This document shows, in pieces, positions 19,318 through 29,421 of a stretch of DNA of 64,000 nucleotides (positions within the stretch are counted from its first letter, which is position 1; each line of letters opens with the position of its first letter). Origin of the DNA: Thermoanaerobaculia bacterium (GTDB lineage: Bacteria; Acidobacteriota; Thermoanaerobaculia; UBA5066); the NCBI GenBank assembly GCA_038319835.1, contig JBBQDQ010000001.1, positions 19,627-83,626 of the forward strand, written 5' to 3'. The notes below the pieces were generated by a model. It saw only the letters and a program-made list of their open reading frames with translations. It had not been told where the DNA came from and did no database searches. Both the position numbers and the translations under genes were made by a program.

Positions 19318-20693
19318 CGCGGACGCTCGTGAAGAACGGCCGGCTCGCGCTCGACGGCGGCGTCGAGGACGGCGACCTCCTCCTCGAGGGCGGCCGCATC
19401 GTCGCCGTCGGGCGGGACCTCGGCCCGGTCGAGCGCACGATCGACGCGGCCGGCTGCTGGGTCCTGCCGGGCCTGATCGACTTCCACACGCACATCGGCG
19501 ACCGGATCGGCCGCTTTGACCTCGCCGACGACTACGCGAGCGGCACGCGTGCCGCCGTCGAGAACGGCGTCACGACGCTCTGCACGTTCGTGACGCAGTC
19601 CGAAGGCGAGCCGCTCGGCCGGGCGGTCGAGCGGGCGAGGAGCCGCGCGGAGCGGTGCTGCCACGCCGATGTCGCGTGGCATCTCACGCCGACGCGCTTC
19701 GAACCGGCCGACTGGGCGGAGATGGAAGAGCTCGTTCGCGCCGGCTACGGGACGTTCAAGCTCTACACGACGTACCGCGCCTCCGGCCTCTTCTCGGACG
19801 AGGCGCGCATCGCGGAGCTCTTCCGCCGCCTCGGGCCGCTCGGGGTGCGGTTCCTCCTGCACTGCGAAGACGACGGGATGCTCGGCACCGTCGACACGGC
19901 GCGGCTCGACCTCTCGCGCGCCTCCTCGCACGCGTGGCTCAGGCCCGAGGAGGCGGAGGTCGCGTCCGTCGAGGCGCTTCTCGCCCTCGCGGCGCGCTGG
20001 GGCGTTCCGCTCCACGTCGTCCACGTCTCGACGTCCGCGGCCGCGGAGCGGATCCGTGCGGCGCGCGCGGTGCAGGACGTGACGTGCGAGACCTGCCCGC
20101 AGTACCTCTGGCTCGACGTGTCCTGGCTCGCGCGCCCCGACGGGCACCGGTGGATCTGCTCGCCGCCGCTCCGCAACGGGCGCGAGCGGTTCCGCGAGCT
20201 CGCGCGCGCGGGCGCTTTCGACATCCTCGCGACGGACCATTGCGCCTTCACGCGCGGGGAGAAGGACGACTGGGACGGCCGCGACGTGCGGACGGTCGCG
20301 AACGGCCTCGCGGGCCTCGGCGCTCTCGCGCACCTCGCATGGAAGCTCTGGGAGGACGAGCCCGACCGCGCAGCCGCCGAGCTCGCGCGGCGCCTGTCGG
20401 CGAATCCCGCCGCGCGCCTCGGCGCCTCGGACCGCAAGGGTGCCCTCCGGCCCGGCCTCGACGCCGACGTCGCGATCCTCGACCCGAACGGCGACGAGCG
20501 CCCGATCCGCTCGACGCTCGCGGACGCGTACGAGACGTACCCCGGCTTCACCTCGCGCCTGAACTTCCGGCACGTCCTCCTCCGGGGCGAGCCCGTCGTC
20601 CGGGACGGGCGGCTGCTGGAGTCCGCCCGCCCGTCCGGCCGGTCCGCGGCGCGGGCCGCCGTCCGCCCCGGCGCCGCTCTGGGGCCCTCATGA
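19314..20693 (+). CDS. hyuA: Hydantoinase/dihydropyrimidinase-family cyclic amidohydrolase (HyuA-like)
   Basis: ATGA overlap with the ygfK stop. 'VLPGLIDFHTHIGD' metal-binding HxH motif. 459 aa. Confidence 0.75.
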   Translation: MTRTLVKNGRLALDGGVEDGDLLLEGGRIVAVGRDLGPVERTIDAAGCWVLPGLIDFHTHIGDRIGRFDLADDYASGTRAAVENGVTTLCTFVTQSEGEPLGRAVERARSRAERCCHADVAWHLTPTRFEPADWAEMEELVRAGYGTFKLYTTYRASGLFSDEARIAELFRRLGPLGVRFLLHCEDDGMLGTVDTARLDLSRASSHAWLRPEEAEVASVEALLALAARWGVPLHVVHVSTSAAAERIRAARAVQDVTCETCPQYLWLDVSWLARPDGHRWICSPPLRNGRERFRELARAGAFDILATDHCAFTRGEKDDWDGRDVRTVANGLAGLGALAHLAWKLWEDEPDRAAAELARRLSANPAARLGASDRKGALRPGLDADVAILDPNGDERPIRSTLADAYETYPGFTSRLNFRHVLLRGEPVVRDGRLLESARPSGRSAARAAVRPGAALGPS

Positions 20694-20722
20694 CGAAATC
20701 GATTTCGAGACAGGAGCCGAAC

Positions 20723-21916
20723 ATGCCCTCCCTCGCAGCCGCCGCCGAGACCGCCCTCCTCCGGGGCCTGAAGATCGACATGGCCCGGAAGGACTTCCTC
20801 CTCACCTGGGAGCACACCGAAGACGAGATCCGCGCGGTGCTCGCGGTGGCGGAGACCTTCAAGCGTCTCCACCGCGAGGGCCGCTCCTTCCGCGTCTTCG
20901 ACACGGGCCTCGCGATTTCGATCTTCCGCGACCATTCGACCCGGACGCGCTTCTCGTTCGCGTCGGCCGCGAGCGCGCTCGGCCTGTCGCTCGCCGAGCT
21001 CGACGAGGAGAAGAGTCAGGTCGCGCACGGCGAGACGGTGCGCGAGACCGCGAACATGATCGGCTTTCTCACCGAGGTCATCGGCATCCGCGACGACATG
21101 TTCCTCGGCGAGGGACACCGCTATATGCGCGAGGTGGGCGAGGCGCTCACGGACGGTGCGGCAGAGGGCGTCCTCCACCGGCGGCCGAGCGTCCTGAACC
21201 TCCAGTGCGACGTCGACCATCCGACGCAGTCGCTCGCCGACCTCGCCTGGCTGAAGGCGCACTTCGGCGGGCTCGAGAACCTGAAGGGAAGGAAGCTCGC
21301 GATGTCCTGGGCCCACAGCCCGAGCTACGGCAAGCCCCTCTCGGTGCCGCAGGGCGTGATTGGCCTGATGACGCGCTTCGGGATGGACGTCACGCTGGCC
21401 CACCCGCAGGGCTACGGCCTCATCCCGGAGGTCGTCGCGATCGCGGGACGGAACGCGGCGAAATCCGGCGGCTCGTTCCGCGTCGTCGACCGGATGGAGG
21501 AGGCGTTCGCCGGCGCGGACGTCGTCTACCCGAAGTCGTGGGCGCCGTACGGCGTGATGCAGCGGCGGACGGAACTCCTGAAGAAATCCGACAAGGACGG
21601 CCTCAAGGCGCTCGAGAAGGAGTGCCTCGCGAGCAACGCGAGATTCACCTCCTGGGAGTGCGACCGAAAGAAGATGAGCCTCACGAGGAGCGGCAAGGCG
21701 CTCTACATGCACTGCCTCCCGGCCGACATCACGGACGTCAGCTGCAAGGCGGGCGAGGTGAGCGCCGACGTCTTCGAGGAGTACCGGATCCCGACGTACC
21801 ACGAGGCGTCGTACAAGCCCTTCGTCATCGGCGCGCTCATCTTCCTCACCCGGGTCGAGGACCCCGCGGCGAAGCTCGCCGCGATCCTCGAGCGCGACCG
21901 GGCCCTCTCGCTGTAG
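20723..21916 (+). CDS. ygeW: YgeW-like carbamoyltransferase (OTCase/ATCase superfamily)
   Basis: 'STRTR' carbamoyl-phosphate motif and 'HCLP'. ATG at 20723 with AGGAG 6 nt upstream (alternative ATG at 20690 overlaps the hyuA stop). Confidence 0.75.
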   Translation: MPSLAAAAETALLRGLKIDMARKDFLLTWEHTEDEIRAVLAVAETFKRLHREGRSFRVFDTGLAISIFRDHSTRTRFSFASAASALGLSLAELDEEKSQVAHGETVRETANMIGFLTEVIGIRDDMFLGEGHRYMREVGEALTDGAAEGVLHRRPSVLNLQCDVDHPTQSLADLAWLKAHFGGLENLKGRKLAMSWAHSPSYGKPLSVPQGVIGLMTRFGMDVTLAHPQGYGLIPEVVAIAGRNAAKSGGSFRVVDRMEEAFAGADVVYPKSWAPYGVMQRRTELLKKSDKDGLKALEKECLASNARFTSWECDRKKMSLTRSGKALYMHCLPADITDVSCKAGEVSADVFEEYRIPTYHEASYKPFVIGALIFLTRVEDPAAKLAAILERDRALSL

Positions 21917-21925
21917 GAGTGTGCG

Positions 21926-23392
21926 ATGAAAGACACCTCGCGCATCATCAAGACCGTCGACACGCGGGTGAGGGCGCGGACGGCGAAGCGCTGCAAGGAG
22001 CGCGGCATCGTGATCCCGACGTTCCGCCAGATGCGGGACCCCTCTCTCGTCCCAGAGGCGGTGAAGGCAAAGCTGAAGGGCGTCGGGCTCTGGGACGTCG
22101 ACCCGCTCAATCTCTTCCGCATCACGTGGAAAAACGACCCGGAAACGGGCCTCTTCGCCGTCCCGAACGTCCTCGAGATCCCGCGCGAGATCACGGGCCT
22201 CAGGGCCCGGGTCTTCGGGCTCATCGGGAAGTTCTTCCCGACGGGCGCGCACAAGGTCGGCGCCGCGTTCGGGTGCCTCGTCCCCCGCCTCGTGAGCGGT
22301 GAATTCGACCCTGCCTCGCACAAGGCCGTGTGGCCCTCGACGGGCAACTACTGCCGCGGCGGCGCGTTCGACTCCGCGATTCTCGGCTGCCACGCCGTCG
22401 CGATCCTCCCCGAGAACATGTCCAAGGAGCGCTTCACGTGGCTCGGCACGATCGGAGCCGAAGTCATCGCGACGCCGGGCTGCGAGAGCAACGTCAAGGA
22501 GATCTACGACAAGTGCTGGGAGCTCAAGCGAGATCCCGCGAACGTGATCTTCAACCAGTTCGAGGAGTTCGGGAACCCGATCTGGCACTACAACGTGACC
22601 GGGCCCGCCGTCGAGGAGGCGTTCGCCGCGGTCCGCGGCGAAAAGGGCCGCCTCGCCGCGTGGGTCAGCGCGACGGGGAGCGCCGGGACGATCGCGGCGG
22701 GCGACTACCTCAAGGCCCGCTTCCCGGGCGCGAAGGTCGTCGCGTCCGAGGCGCTTCAGTGCCCGACGCTCCTTTCGAACGGCTTCGGCGACCACCGGAT
22801 CGAGGGGATCGGCGACAAGCACGTCCCGTGGGTCCACAACGTGAGGAACACGGACGCCGTCGCGGCCGTCGACGACGAGGACTGCATGCGCGTTCTCCGG
22901 CTCTTCAACGAGCCCGCCGGGCGCGAGCTCCTCGCCGCCGCGGGCGTGCCGGAGGCGACGTTCGGGAAGCTCTCTCTCCTCGGCATCAGCGGCATCTGCA
23001 ACGTCCTCGCGGCGATCAAGGCCGCGAAGTACTGGGAGCTCGACGAGAACGACGTCATCTTCACCGTCTTCACGGACAGCGTGGAGATGTACCGCTCGCG
23101 CCTCACGCAGCTCTCGGAGGAGAGGGGCGCGTTCGGGGCGCTCGACGCGGCGCACGCCTTCGCGGGCAGCCTCGAACGGCAGACGCCGGACGCCTTCAAG
23201 GAGCTGACGTACGCGGACCGCAAGGCCATCCACAACCTGAAGTACTTCACGTGGGTCGAGCAGCAGGGCAAGACGTACGAGGAGATCTGCGCGCAGTGGG
23301 ATCCCGAGTACTGGCGCACGCTCTTCGAGGACGAGGTCGTCGTCTTCGACCGGCTCATCGGCGAGTTCAACGAGGAGGTCGCGCGGTCGTGA
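21926..23392 (+). CDS. PLP-dependent enzyme, fold-type II (Trp-synthase-beta/cysteine-synthase superfamily), function unknown
   Basis: 'PTGAHKVGAAFG' Lys-containing PLP-site-like motif and glycine-rich 'SATGSAGTIAAG'. AGGAG RBS. 488 aa, larger than DAP ammonia-lyase. Confidence 0.6.
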   Translation: MKDTSRIIKTVDTRVRARTAKRCKERGIVIPTFRQMRDPSLVPEAVKAKLKGVGLWDVDPLNLFRITWKNDPETGLFAVPNVLEIPREITGLRARVFGLIGKFFPTGAHKVGAAFGCLVPRLVSGEFDPASHKAVWPSTGNYCRGGAFDSAILGCHAVAILPENMSKERFTWLGTIGAEVIATPGCESNVKEIYDKCWELKRDPANVIFNQFEEFGNPIWHYNVTGPAVEEAFAAVRGEKGRLAAWVSATGSAGTIAAGDYLKARFPGAKVVASEALQCPTLLSNGFGDHRIEGIGDKHVPWVHNVRNTDAVAAVDDEDCMRVLRLFNEPAGRELLAAAGVPEATFGKLSLLGISGICNVLAAIKAAKYWELDENDVIFTVFTDSVEMYRSRLTQLSEERGAFGALDAAHAFAGSLERQTPDAFKELTYADRKAIHNLKYFTWVEQQGKTYEEICAQWDPEYWRTLFEDEVVVFDRLIGEFNEEVARS

Positions 23393-24717
23393 CGCGTCTC
23401 CTGATCGAGGGCGGCACGCTCGTGACCTTCGGCGACCCGTGCCGGGTCCTCGAGGGGCGCGCCCTCCTGATCGAGGACGGCCGGATCGCGCACATCGCCC
23501 CCACCGGGGAAATCGCAGGGCCTTTCGACCGCGTCCTTTCGGCGAAGGGGAAGCTCGTCCTCCCGGGCTTCGTGAACGCCCACATGCATTTCTACTCGAC
23601 GTTCGCGCGTGGCCTCGGGAAGGTCGCGCCGAGCGCGACGTTCCGGGAGGTCCTCGAGCACCTCTGGTGGCGCCTCGACCGGGCGCTCACGCTCGACGAC
23701 GTCGAGACGAGCGCGCGGGTGATCCTCCTCGAGGCCGTCCGCAAGGGCACGACGACGCTCGTCGACCACCACGCGAGCCCGCGCGCGGTGCGCGGCTCGC
23801 TCGGGCGCATTGCCCGCGCCGTGAAGGACACAGGCCTGCGCGCGTGCCTCTCGTACGAGGTCTCCGACCGCGACGGCGAACGCACGGCGATCGAAGGCCT
23901 CGAGGAGAACGCGGACTTCGCGCGGGCCTGCGCGCGGGAGCGCGACCCGCAGCTCCGAGCCCTCGTCGGCCTCCACGCCGCGTTCACGCTCTCGGACGCG
24001 ACGCTCGAGCGCGCGGGCCGTCTCGGCCGCGACGTGGGCGCCGGGTTCCACGTCCACGTCGCCGAGGCCGCGTCCGACGTGGAGGAGAACCTCGAGCGCT
24101 TCGGGAAGACCCCGGTCGCGCGGCTCGCCGCGCACGGAATCCTGGGCCCCGGCAGCATCGCCGCGCACGCGGTGCACGTGGACGACGCGGACGCGGACAT
24201 TCTTCGCGCGGGCGGCGCGTGGGTCGTCACGAACCCGCAGTCGAACCTGAACAATGCCGTCGGCGTCGCGGACGTCGCCGGCCTCGTCCGCCGCGGCATC
24301 CCGGTCGGCCTCGGCACGGACGCGATGACGGTCTCGATGCCGGAGGAGCTGCGCGCCGGGATCTGGGCGCAGCGTCTCAAGCAGGCCGACCCCGGCTGCG
24401 GCTTCGCCGAGCTGACCGCGGCGCTCTTCGTGCGCAACCCCGAGATCGCGACGGGCCTCTGGGGCTTCCCGGTCGGGACGCTCGCGGAGGGCGCGGCGGC
24501 GGACGTGATCCTCGTCGACTACGAGCCGGCGACGCCGCTCGACGAAGCCACGGTGCTCGGCCACCTCGTCTTCGGGGTCTCGCAGGCGGCCGTCGATACG
24601 ACGATCTGCGGCGGGAAGATCCTCATGGAAGGCAAGGTCCTCCGCCTCGGCGTCGACGAGGCCGCGCTCGCCGCGGAGAGCCGGCGCCTCGCGGCCGCGC
24701 TCTGGGAGCGGTTCTGA
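23389..24717 (+). CDS. ssnA: SsnA-like amidohydrolase (chlorohydrolase/aminohydrolase family)
   Basis: GTGA overlap with the upstream stop. 'VLPGFVNAHMHF' HxH motif. ~442 aa. Confidence 0.75.
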   Translation: MTRLLIEGGTLVTFGDPCRVLEGRALLIEDGRIAHIAPTGEIAGPFDRVLSAKGKLVLPGFVNAHMHFYSTFARGLGKVAPSATFREVLEHLWWRLDRALTLDDVETSARVILLEAVRKGTTTLVDHHASPRAVRGSLGRIARAVKDTGLRACLSYEVSDRDGERTAIEGLEENADFARACARERDPQLRALVGLHAAFTLSDATLERAGRLGRDVGAGFHVHVAEAASDVEENLERFGKTPVARLAAHGILGPGSIAAHAVHVDDADADILRAGGAWVVTNPQSNLNNAVGVADVAGLVRRGIPVGLGTDAMTVSMPEELRAGIWAQRLKQADPGCGFAELTAALFVRNPEIATGLWGFPVGTLAEGAAADVILVDYEPATPLDEATVLGHLVFGVSQAAVDTTICGGKILMEGKVLRLGVDEAALAAESRRLAAALWERF

Positions 24718-25664
24718 TGGCGTCGCGGACGATCGTCCTCGCGATGGGCGGCAACTCGCTCATCACGGACAAAGAGCACCAGAAGGTGCCGGACCAGTAC
24801 CGCGCGTGCTCCGAGACCTGCCGGCACGTGGCGCCGCTGCTTCGGGATCCCGAGCTCCGCCTCGTCGTCACGCACGGGAACGGCCCTCAAGTGGGCTACA
24901 TCCTGCGCCGCTCGGAGCTCGCGTCGAAGGAGCTCCACATGGTGCCGCTCGACTCGTGCGTCGCGGACACGCAGGGCGCGCTCGGGTACCACATTCAGCT
25001 CGCGCTCCACAACGCGTTCCGGCGCATCGGCCTTTCGAAGGCCGCGGCCACGGTCGTCACGCTCTGCGAGGTGGACCGGGACGACCCGGCGTTCGCGAGG
25101 CCGGATAAGCCGATCGGTTCGTTCCTCACGAGGGAGGAGGCGGAGCTCCGCCGCGCCGCCGACGGCTGGGACGTCGCCGAGGACGCCGGACGTGGCTGGC
25201 GCCGCGTCGTCGCCTCGCCCATCCCGAAGAGGATCCTCGAGCTCGACGCCGTGAGGAGCCTCCTCGACGCGGGCTTCGTCGTCGTGGCCGCGGGCGGCGG
25301 CGGCATCGCGGTCGTCGAGAACGGCGCGGGGGAGCTGGCCGGCGCCGCCGCGGTGATCGACAAGGACCACGCGTCGAGCCTCCTCGCGCGCGAGCTCGGG
25401 GCCGAGCTCCTCGTGATCTCGACGGCGGTCGAGAAGGTTGCGACCGGCTTCGGAACGCCGGCGCAGAAGGAGATCGACACGATGACGGTGGCCGACGCGA
25501 GGCGCTGGGCGGCAGAAGGCCACTTCAAGCCCGGGAGCATGCTCCCGAAGATCGAAGCCGCGATCGCGTTCCTCGAGGGCGGCGGCAAGGAGGCGATCAT
25601 CACGGACCCGCCCCACCTCGGTCTCGCCCTCGCGGGGCGGACCGGCACGCACGTGATCCCGTGA
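24717..25664 (+). CDS. arcC: Carbamate kinase (YqeA/ArcC-like)
   Basis: ATGA overlap with the upstream stop. 'IVLAMGGNSL...VVTHGNGPQVG' carbamate-kinase N-terminal signature. 315 aa. Confidence 0.8.
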   Translation: MASRTIVLAMGGNSLITDKEHQKVPDQYRACSETCRHVAPLLRDPELRLVVTHGNGPQVGYILRRSELASKELHMVPLDSCVADTQGALGYHIQLALHNAFRRIGLSKAAATVVTLCEVDRDDPAFARPDKPIGSFLTREEAELRRAADGWDVAEDAGRGWRRVVASPIPKRILELDAVRSLLDAGFVVVAAGGGGIAVVENGAGELAGAAAVIDKDHASSLLARELGAELLVISTAVEKVATGFGTPAQKEIDTMTVADARRWAAEGHFKPGSMLPKIEAAIAFLEGGGKEAIITDPPHLGLALAGRTGTHVIP

Positions 25665-26839
25665 GCGCCATCCTCCTCGAGAACCCGCTCGCGAAACCCG
25701 GTCAGCGCTGGCCGGCGCCGGACCCGGCCATCCGCGCCTTCCACCGGCGGCTGACGGGCTATCGCCCGACGCCGCTCCTCGACGCCCCCGGCCTTGCGGC
25801 GCGCTACGGCGTGAAGCGCGTCCTCGTGAAGGCGGAGTCGCAGCGCATGGGCCTCCCGAGCTTCAAGATCCTCGGCGCGTCGTGGGCGACGTATCGCGCG
25901 CTCTGCGACCGCCTCGGCTCCGAGCCCGGGCCATGGGCGGACGTCGACGAGCTCGCCCGGCGCGTCGCGTCCCTCAGGCCTTTCTCGCTCGCGGCGGCGA
26001 CGGACGGCAACCACGGACGCGCCGTCGCGCACGTGGCGCGCCTCCTCGGCTTCTCGTGCCGCATCTTCGTCCCCGAAGGGACGTCGCCCGCGCGCATCGG
26101 CGCGATCGAGGGTGAGGGCGCGGAGGTCGTCGTCGTGGACGGCGACTACGACGACGCGGTCGAGCGCTCGGCGGAGGAAGCCGCACCGGGGTGTCTCGTC
26201 ATCTCCGACACGTCGTGGCCCGGGTTCGAGACGATCCCCGGGAGCGTCATGGACGGCTACACGACGATCTTCCTGGAGATCGAGGAGGCGCTCGCCGCCG
26301 CGGGCGCTCCCACGCCGGACGTCGCAATCGTCCCGGTGGGCGTCGGCGCGCTCATGGCGGCCGCCGTCACATTCTTCCGGAGCCGCCCGTGGACGGGAGC
26401 GCTCGTCGCGATCGAGCCCGACGACGCGAACTGCCTGCAGGTCTCCGCGCAGGCCGGGCGGATGACGGCAGTTCCGGGGCCGCATCGCTCGATCATGGTC
26501 GGGCTCAACTGCGGTCTCCCGTCGTCCGTGGCGTGGCCGCGCCTGGCCGCCGGCGTCGACTGGATGGTCGGGATCGGCAGCGACCGGGCGCGCCAGGGCA
26601 TGCGCGAGCTCGCGGAGGCGGGCGTCGTCGGCGGGGAGACCGGCGCCTCGCCGCTCGGCGCGCTCTGCGCGCTCCACGGCGACGTCTCCACGGCGGCCTT
26701 CCGCGCGCGCGGCCTCCTCGGAGAGGACCGGACGGTCCTCCTCGTCGTCACGGAAGGCGCGACGGACCGCGAGCACTACCTTTCCATCGTGGGCCGGACT
26801 CCCGAAGAGGTCGGGGCGTCCGCGGTGCGGAGCCTCTGA
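25661..26839 (+). CDS. ygeX: Diaminopropionate ammonia-lyase (YgeX/DpaL-like PLP enzyme)
   Basis: GTGA overlap with the upstream stop. 'ESQRMGLPSFKILGASW' PLP-lysine motif typical of DAP ammonia-lyase. Confidence 0.75.
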   Translation: MSAILLENPLAKPGQRWPAPDPAIRAFHRRLTGYRPTPLLDAPGLAARYGVKRVLVKAESQRMGLPSFKILGASWATYRALCDRLGSEPGPWADVDELARRVASLRPFSLAAATDGNHGRAVAHVARLLGFSCRIFVPEGTSPARIGAIEGEGAEVVVVDGDYDDAVERSAEEAAPGCLVISDTSWPGFETIPGSVMDGYTTIFLEIEEALAAAGAPTPDVAIVPVGVGALMAAAVTFFRSRPWTGALVAIEPDDANCLQVSAQAGRMTAVPGPHRSIMVGLNCGLPSSVAWPRLAAGVDWMVGIGSDRARQGMRELAEAGVVGGETGASPLGALCALHGDVSTAAFRARGLLGEDRTVLLVVTEGATDREHYLSIVGRTPEEVGASAVRSL

Positions 26840-26850
26840 GAGGAGGGCAC

Positions 26851-29421
26851 ATGGCCACGTTCCACGTCAACGGGCGGGAGGTCACGGCGACCAGGGAGCG
26901 CAACCTCCTCCATCTCCTGCGCGACGACCTCGACGTCACGTCGGTGAAGAACGGCTGCTCGGAGGGTTCGTGCGGGGCCTGCATGGTGCTCGTCGACGGC
27001 CGGGCCACGAAGGCCTGCCTCCTCGACGCCGGCAAGGTCGACGGAAAAAGCGTCGTGACGGTGGAGGGGCTGTCGCCGCGCGAGAAGAACGTCTTCGCAT
27101 GGGCGTTCGCGAACGCCGGAGCCGTGCAGTGCGGCTTCTGCATGCCGGGCATGGTCATCAGCACGAAGGGCCTCCTCGACGCCAACCCAGAGCCCCGGCC
27201 GGAGGACGTCACGAAGGCGCTCTCTCACGGCATGTGCCGCTGCACGGGCTACGTGAAGATCGAGAAGGCGGTGATGGAGTCGGCGCGGATCCTGCGCGAG
27301 GGCGCCGAGGTGCCCGACAGCCATGAGATCCCGCTCGCCGTGGGCTCGAGGGTCCCGCGCCCCGACGCGCTCGCCAAGGTCCTCGGCACCGCCGTCTACG
27401 TCGACGACATGAGGGTCCCGGGAATGCTCCACGGGGCGGTCCTGCGCGCGCCGAAGCCGCGCGTGAAGGTTCTCGGGATCGACGCGACCGAGGCCCTCGC
27501 GCTGCCGGGCGTGATGGCGGTCCTCACGGCGGCGGACGTCCCGGGGCAGCGCCTGCAGGGGCACATCGTCAAGGACTGGCCCGCCCTCGTCGCGGTCGGC
27601 GAAGAGACGCGGTACGTCGGCGACGCGCTCGCGCTCGTGGCCGCCCAGACTCGGGAAATCGCGCGGGAGGCGGTCGCGAAGATCCGCCTCGATTGCGAAG
27701 TCCTGCCGCCGCTCGTCGACCCGCATCGCGCGCTCGACGCGGATGCGCCGCGCCTCCACCCGAACGGGAACCTCCTCGCGAAATCGGTCCTGAGGCGCGG
27801 CGACGCGGAGAAGGCGATCGCCGAGGCGGCGTACGTCGTGCGCGAAAGGTTCCGGACGCCGGAGACCGAGCACGCGTTCATGGAGCCGGAGAGCGCGCTC
27901 GCCGTCCCCGAGCCGGACGGGACGCTGACCGTCTACACGGGCACGCAGAGCATCTACGACGACCTCCACGGGATCGTCGGCGTCCTCGGCGTCCCGCCCG
28001 ACCGCGTAAAAGTCGTGAGCGCGTGCGTCGGCGGCGGCTTCGGCGGCAAGGAGGACCTCTCGGTCCAGCACCACGCCGCGCTCCTCGCGTTCCGGACCGG
28101 TTCTCCCGTGAAGCTGACGCTCGAGCGGCAGGAGTCGATCCGCGTCCACCCGAAGCGCCATGCGATGGACATGGACTACACGGTGGCCGCGGACGCGTCG
28201 GGACGCATCACCGCCGTCTCCGCGCGCATTCTCGAGGACACTGGAGCCTACGCGTCACTCGGCGGTCCGGTACTTCAGCGAGCCTGCACGCACGCGGCGG
28301 GCCCGTACCGGATTGCGAACGTCGACGTCGAGGGGACCGGCGTCTACACGAACAACCCGCCGGGCGGCGCGTTCCGGGGCTTCGGGGTGCCGCAGGTGTG
28401 CTTCGCGATGGAGTCGTGCGTCACGCTCCTCGCGAAGAAGATGGGCCTCGACCCGTGGGAGATCCGCTGGCGGAACGCGGTCGAGCCGGGCGACGTCCTG
28501 CCGAACGGCCAGATCGCCGACGCGGGGACCGCGCTCAAGGAGACGCTCCTCGCGGTGAAGGAGGCCTACCTCTCGCGCCCCGACGCCGGGATCGCGTGCG
28601 CCGTGAAGAACGCCGGGCTCGGCGTCGGGCTCTCGGACGTCGGGCGCGTGAGGATCCGCGTCGAAGGCGGGAAGGCGGTGGTCTACACGAGCGCGGCCTG
28701 CGTCGGGCAGGGCCTCGCGTCCGTCCTCATGCAGTTCGTCGCGGAGGCCTCGGGCCTCTCGTGGGACGCAATCGCGGTGGCGCGCCCGGACACGTCGAAT
28801 TCGCCCGACGGCGGGACGACGACCGCGTCCCGGCAGACCGTCTTCAACGGAGAGGCGGCCCGCCTCGCGGCGCTCGACTTGAGGAGCGACCTCGTCTCCC
28901 ACACGCTCGAGGAGCTCGAGGGCCGCGAGTACTACCGCGAATACTCCGGCGTCACCGACCGCTTCGGGTCCGACAAGCCGAACCCCGTCAGCCACGTCGC
29001 GTACTCGTACGCGACGCACGTCGTCCTCCTCGACGGGAACGGGAAGCTCGAGAGCGTCGTGGCGGCGCACGACATCGGGCGCGCCGTGAACCCCGCGCAG
29101 GTGGAGGCGCAGATCGAGGGCGGCGTCACGATGGGCCTCGGCTACGCGCTCACGGAGGACTTCCCGCTCAGGGACGGCGAGCCGCTGGCGACGTACGGGA
29201 CGCTCGGCCTCCTGAGCGCCTCGAAAGTCCCGCCGATCCGGACGATCCTCATCGAGAAGAACCCCTCGCCGCTCGCGTACGGCGCGAAGGGCCTCGGCGA
29301 GATCTCGACGATCCCGACCGCGCCCGCGGTGGCGGGCGCCTACTTCCGGCGCGACGGGACGTTCCGCACGGAGCTGCCGCTCGCGGGAACGCCCTACAGC
29401 CGGAAGAAAGCGCCCCCATGA
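26851..29421 (+). CDS. xdhD: XdhD-like molybdenum hydroxylase: [2Fe-2S] ferredoxin domain fused to the molybdopterin-binding catalytic subunit
   Basis: N-terminal 'CSEGSCGACMV...CGFCMPGM...CRCTGY' 2Fe-2S motifs. Ald_Xan_dh hammerhead and MoCo domains ('GGGFGGK', 'GQGLASVLMQ'). AGGAGG RBS. 856 aa. Confidence 0.8.
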   Translation: MATFHVNGREVTATRERNLLHLLRDDLDVTSVKNGCSEGSCGACMVLVDGRATKACLLDAGKVDGKSVVTVEGLSPREKNVFAWAFANAGAVQCGFCMPGMVISTKGLLDANPEPRPEDVTKALSHGMCRCTGYVKIEKAVMESARILREGAEVPDSHEIPLAVGSRVPRPDALAKVLGTAVYVDDMRVPGMLHGAVLRAPKPRVKVLGIDATEALALPGVMAVLTAADVPGQRLQGHIVKDWPALVAVGEETRYVGDALALVAAQTREIAREAVAKIRLDCEVLPPLVDPHRALDADAPRLHPNGNLLAKSVLRRGDAEKAIAEAAYVVRERFRTPETEHAFMEPESALAVPEPDGTLTVYTGTQSIYDDLHGIVGVLGVPPDRVKVVSACVGGGFGGKEDLSVQHHAALLAFRTGSPVKLTLERQESIRVHPKRHAMDMDYTVAADASGRITAVSARILEDTGAYASLGGPVLQRACTHAAGPYRIANVDVEGTGVYTNNPPGGAFRGFGVPQVCFAMESCVTLLAKKMGLDPWEIRWRNAVEPGDVLPNGQIADAGTALKETLLAVKEAYLSRPDAGIACAVKNAGLGVGLSDVGRVRIRVEGGKAVVYTSAACVGQGLASVLMQFVAEASGLSWDAIAVARPDTSNSPDGGTTTASRQTVFNGEAARLAALDLRSDLVSHTLEELEGREYYREYSGVTDRFGSDKPNPVSHVAYSYATHVVLLDGNGKLESVVAAHDIGRAVNPAQVEAQIEGGVTMGLGYALTEDFPLRDGEPLATYGTLGLLSASKVPPIRTILIEKNPSPLAYGAKGLGEISTIPTAPAVAGAYFRRDGTFRTELPLAGTPYSRKKAPP

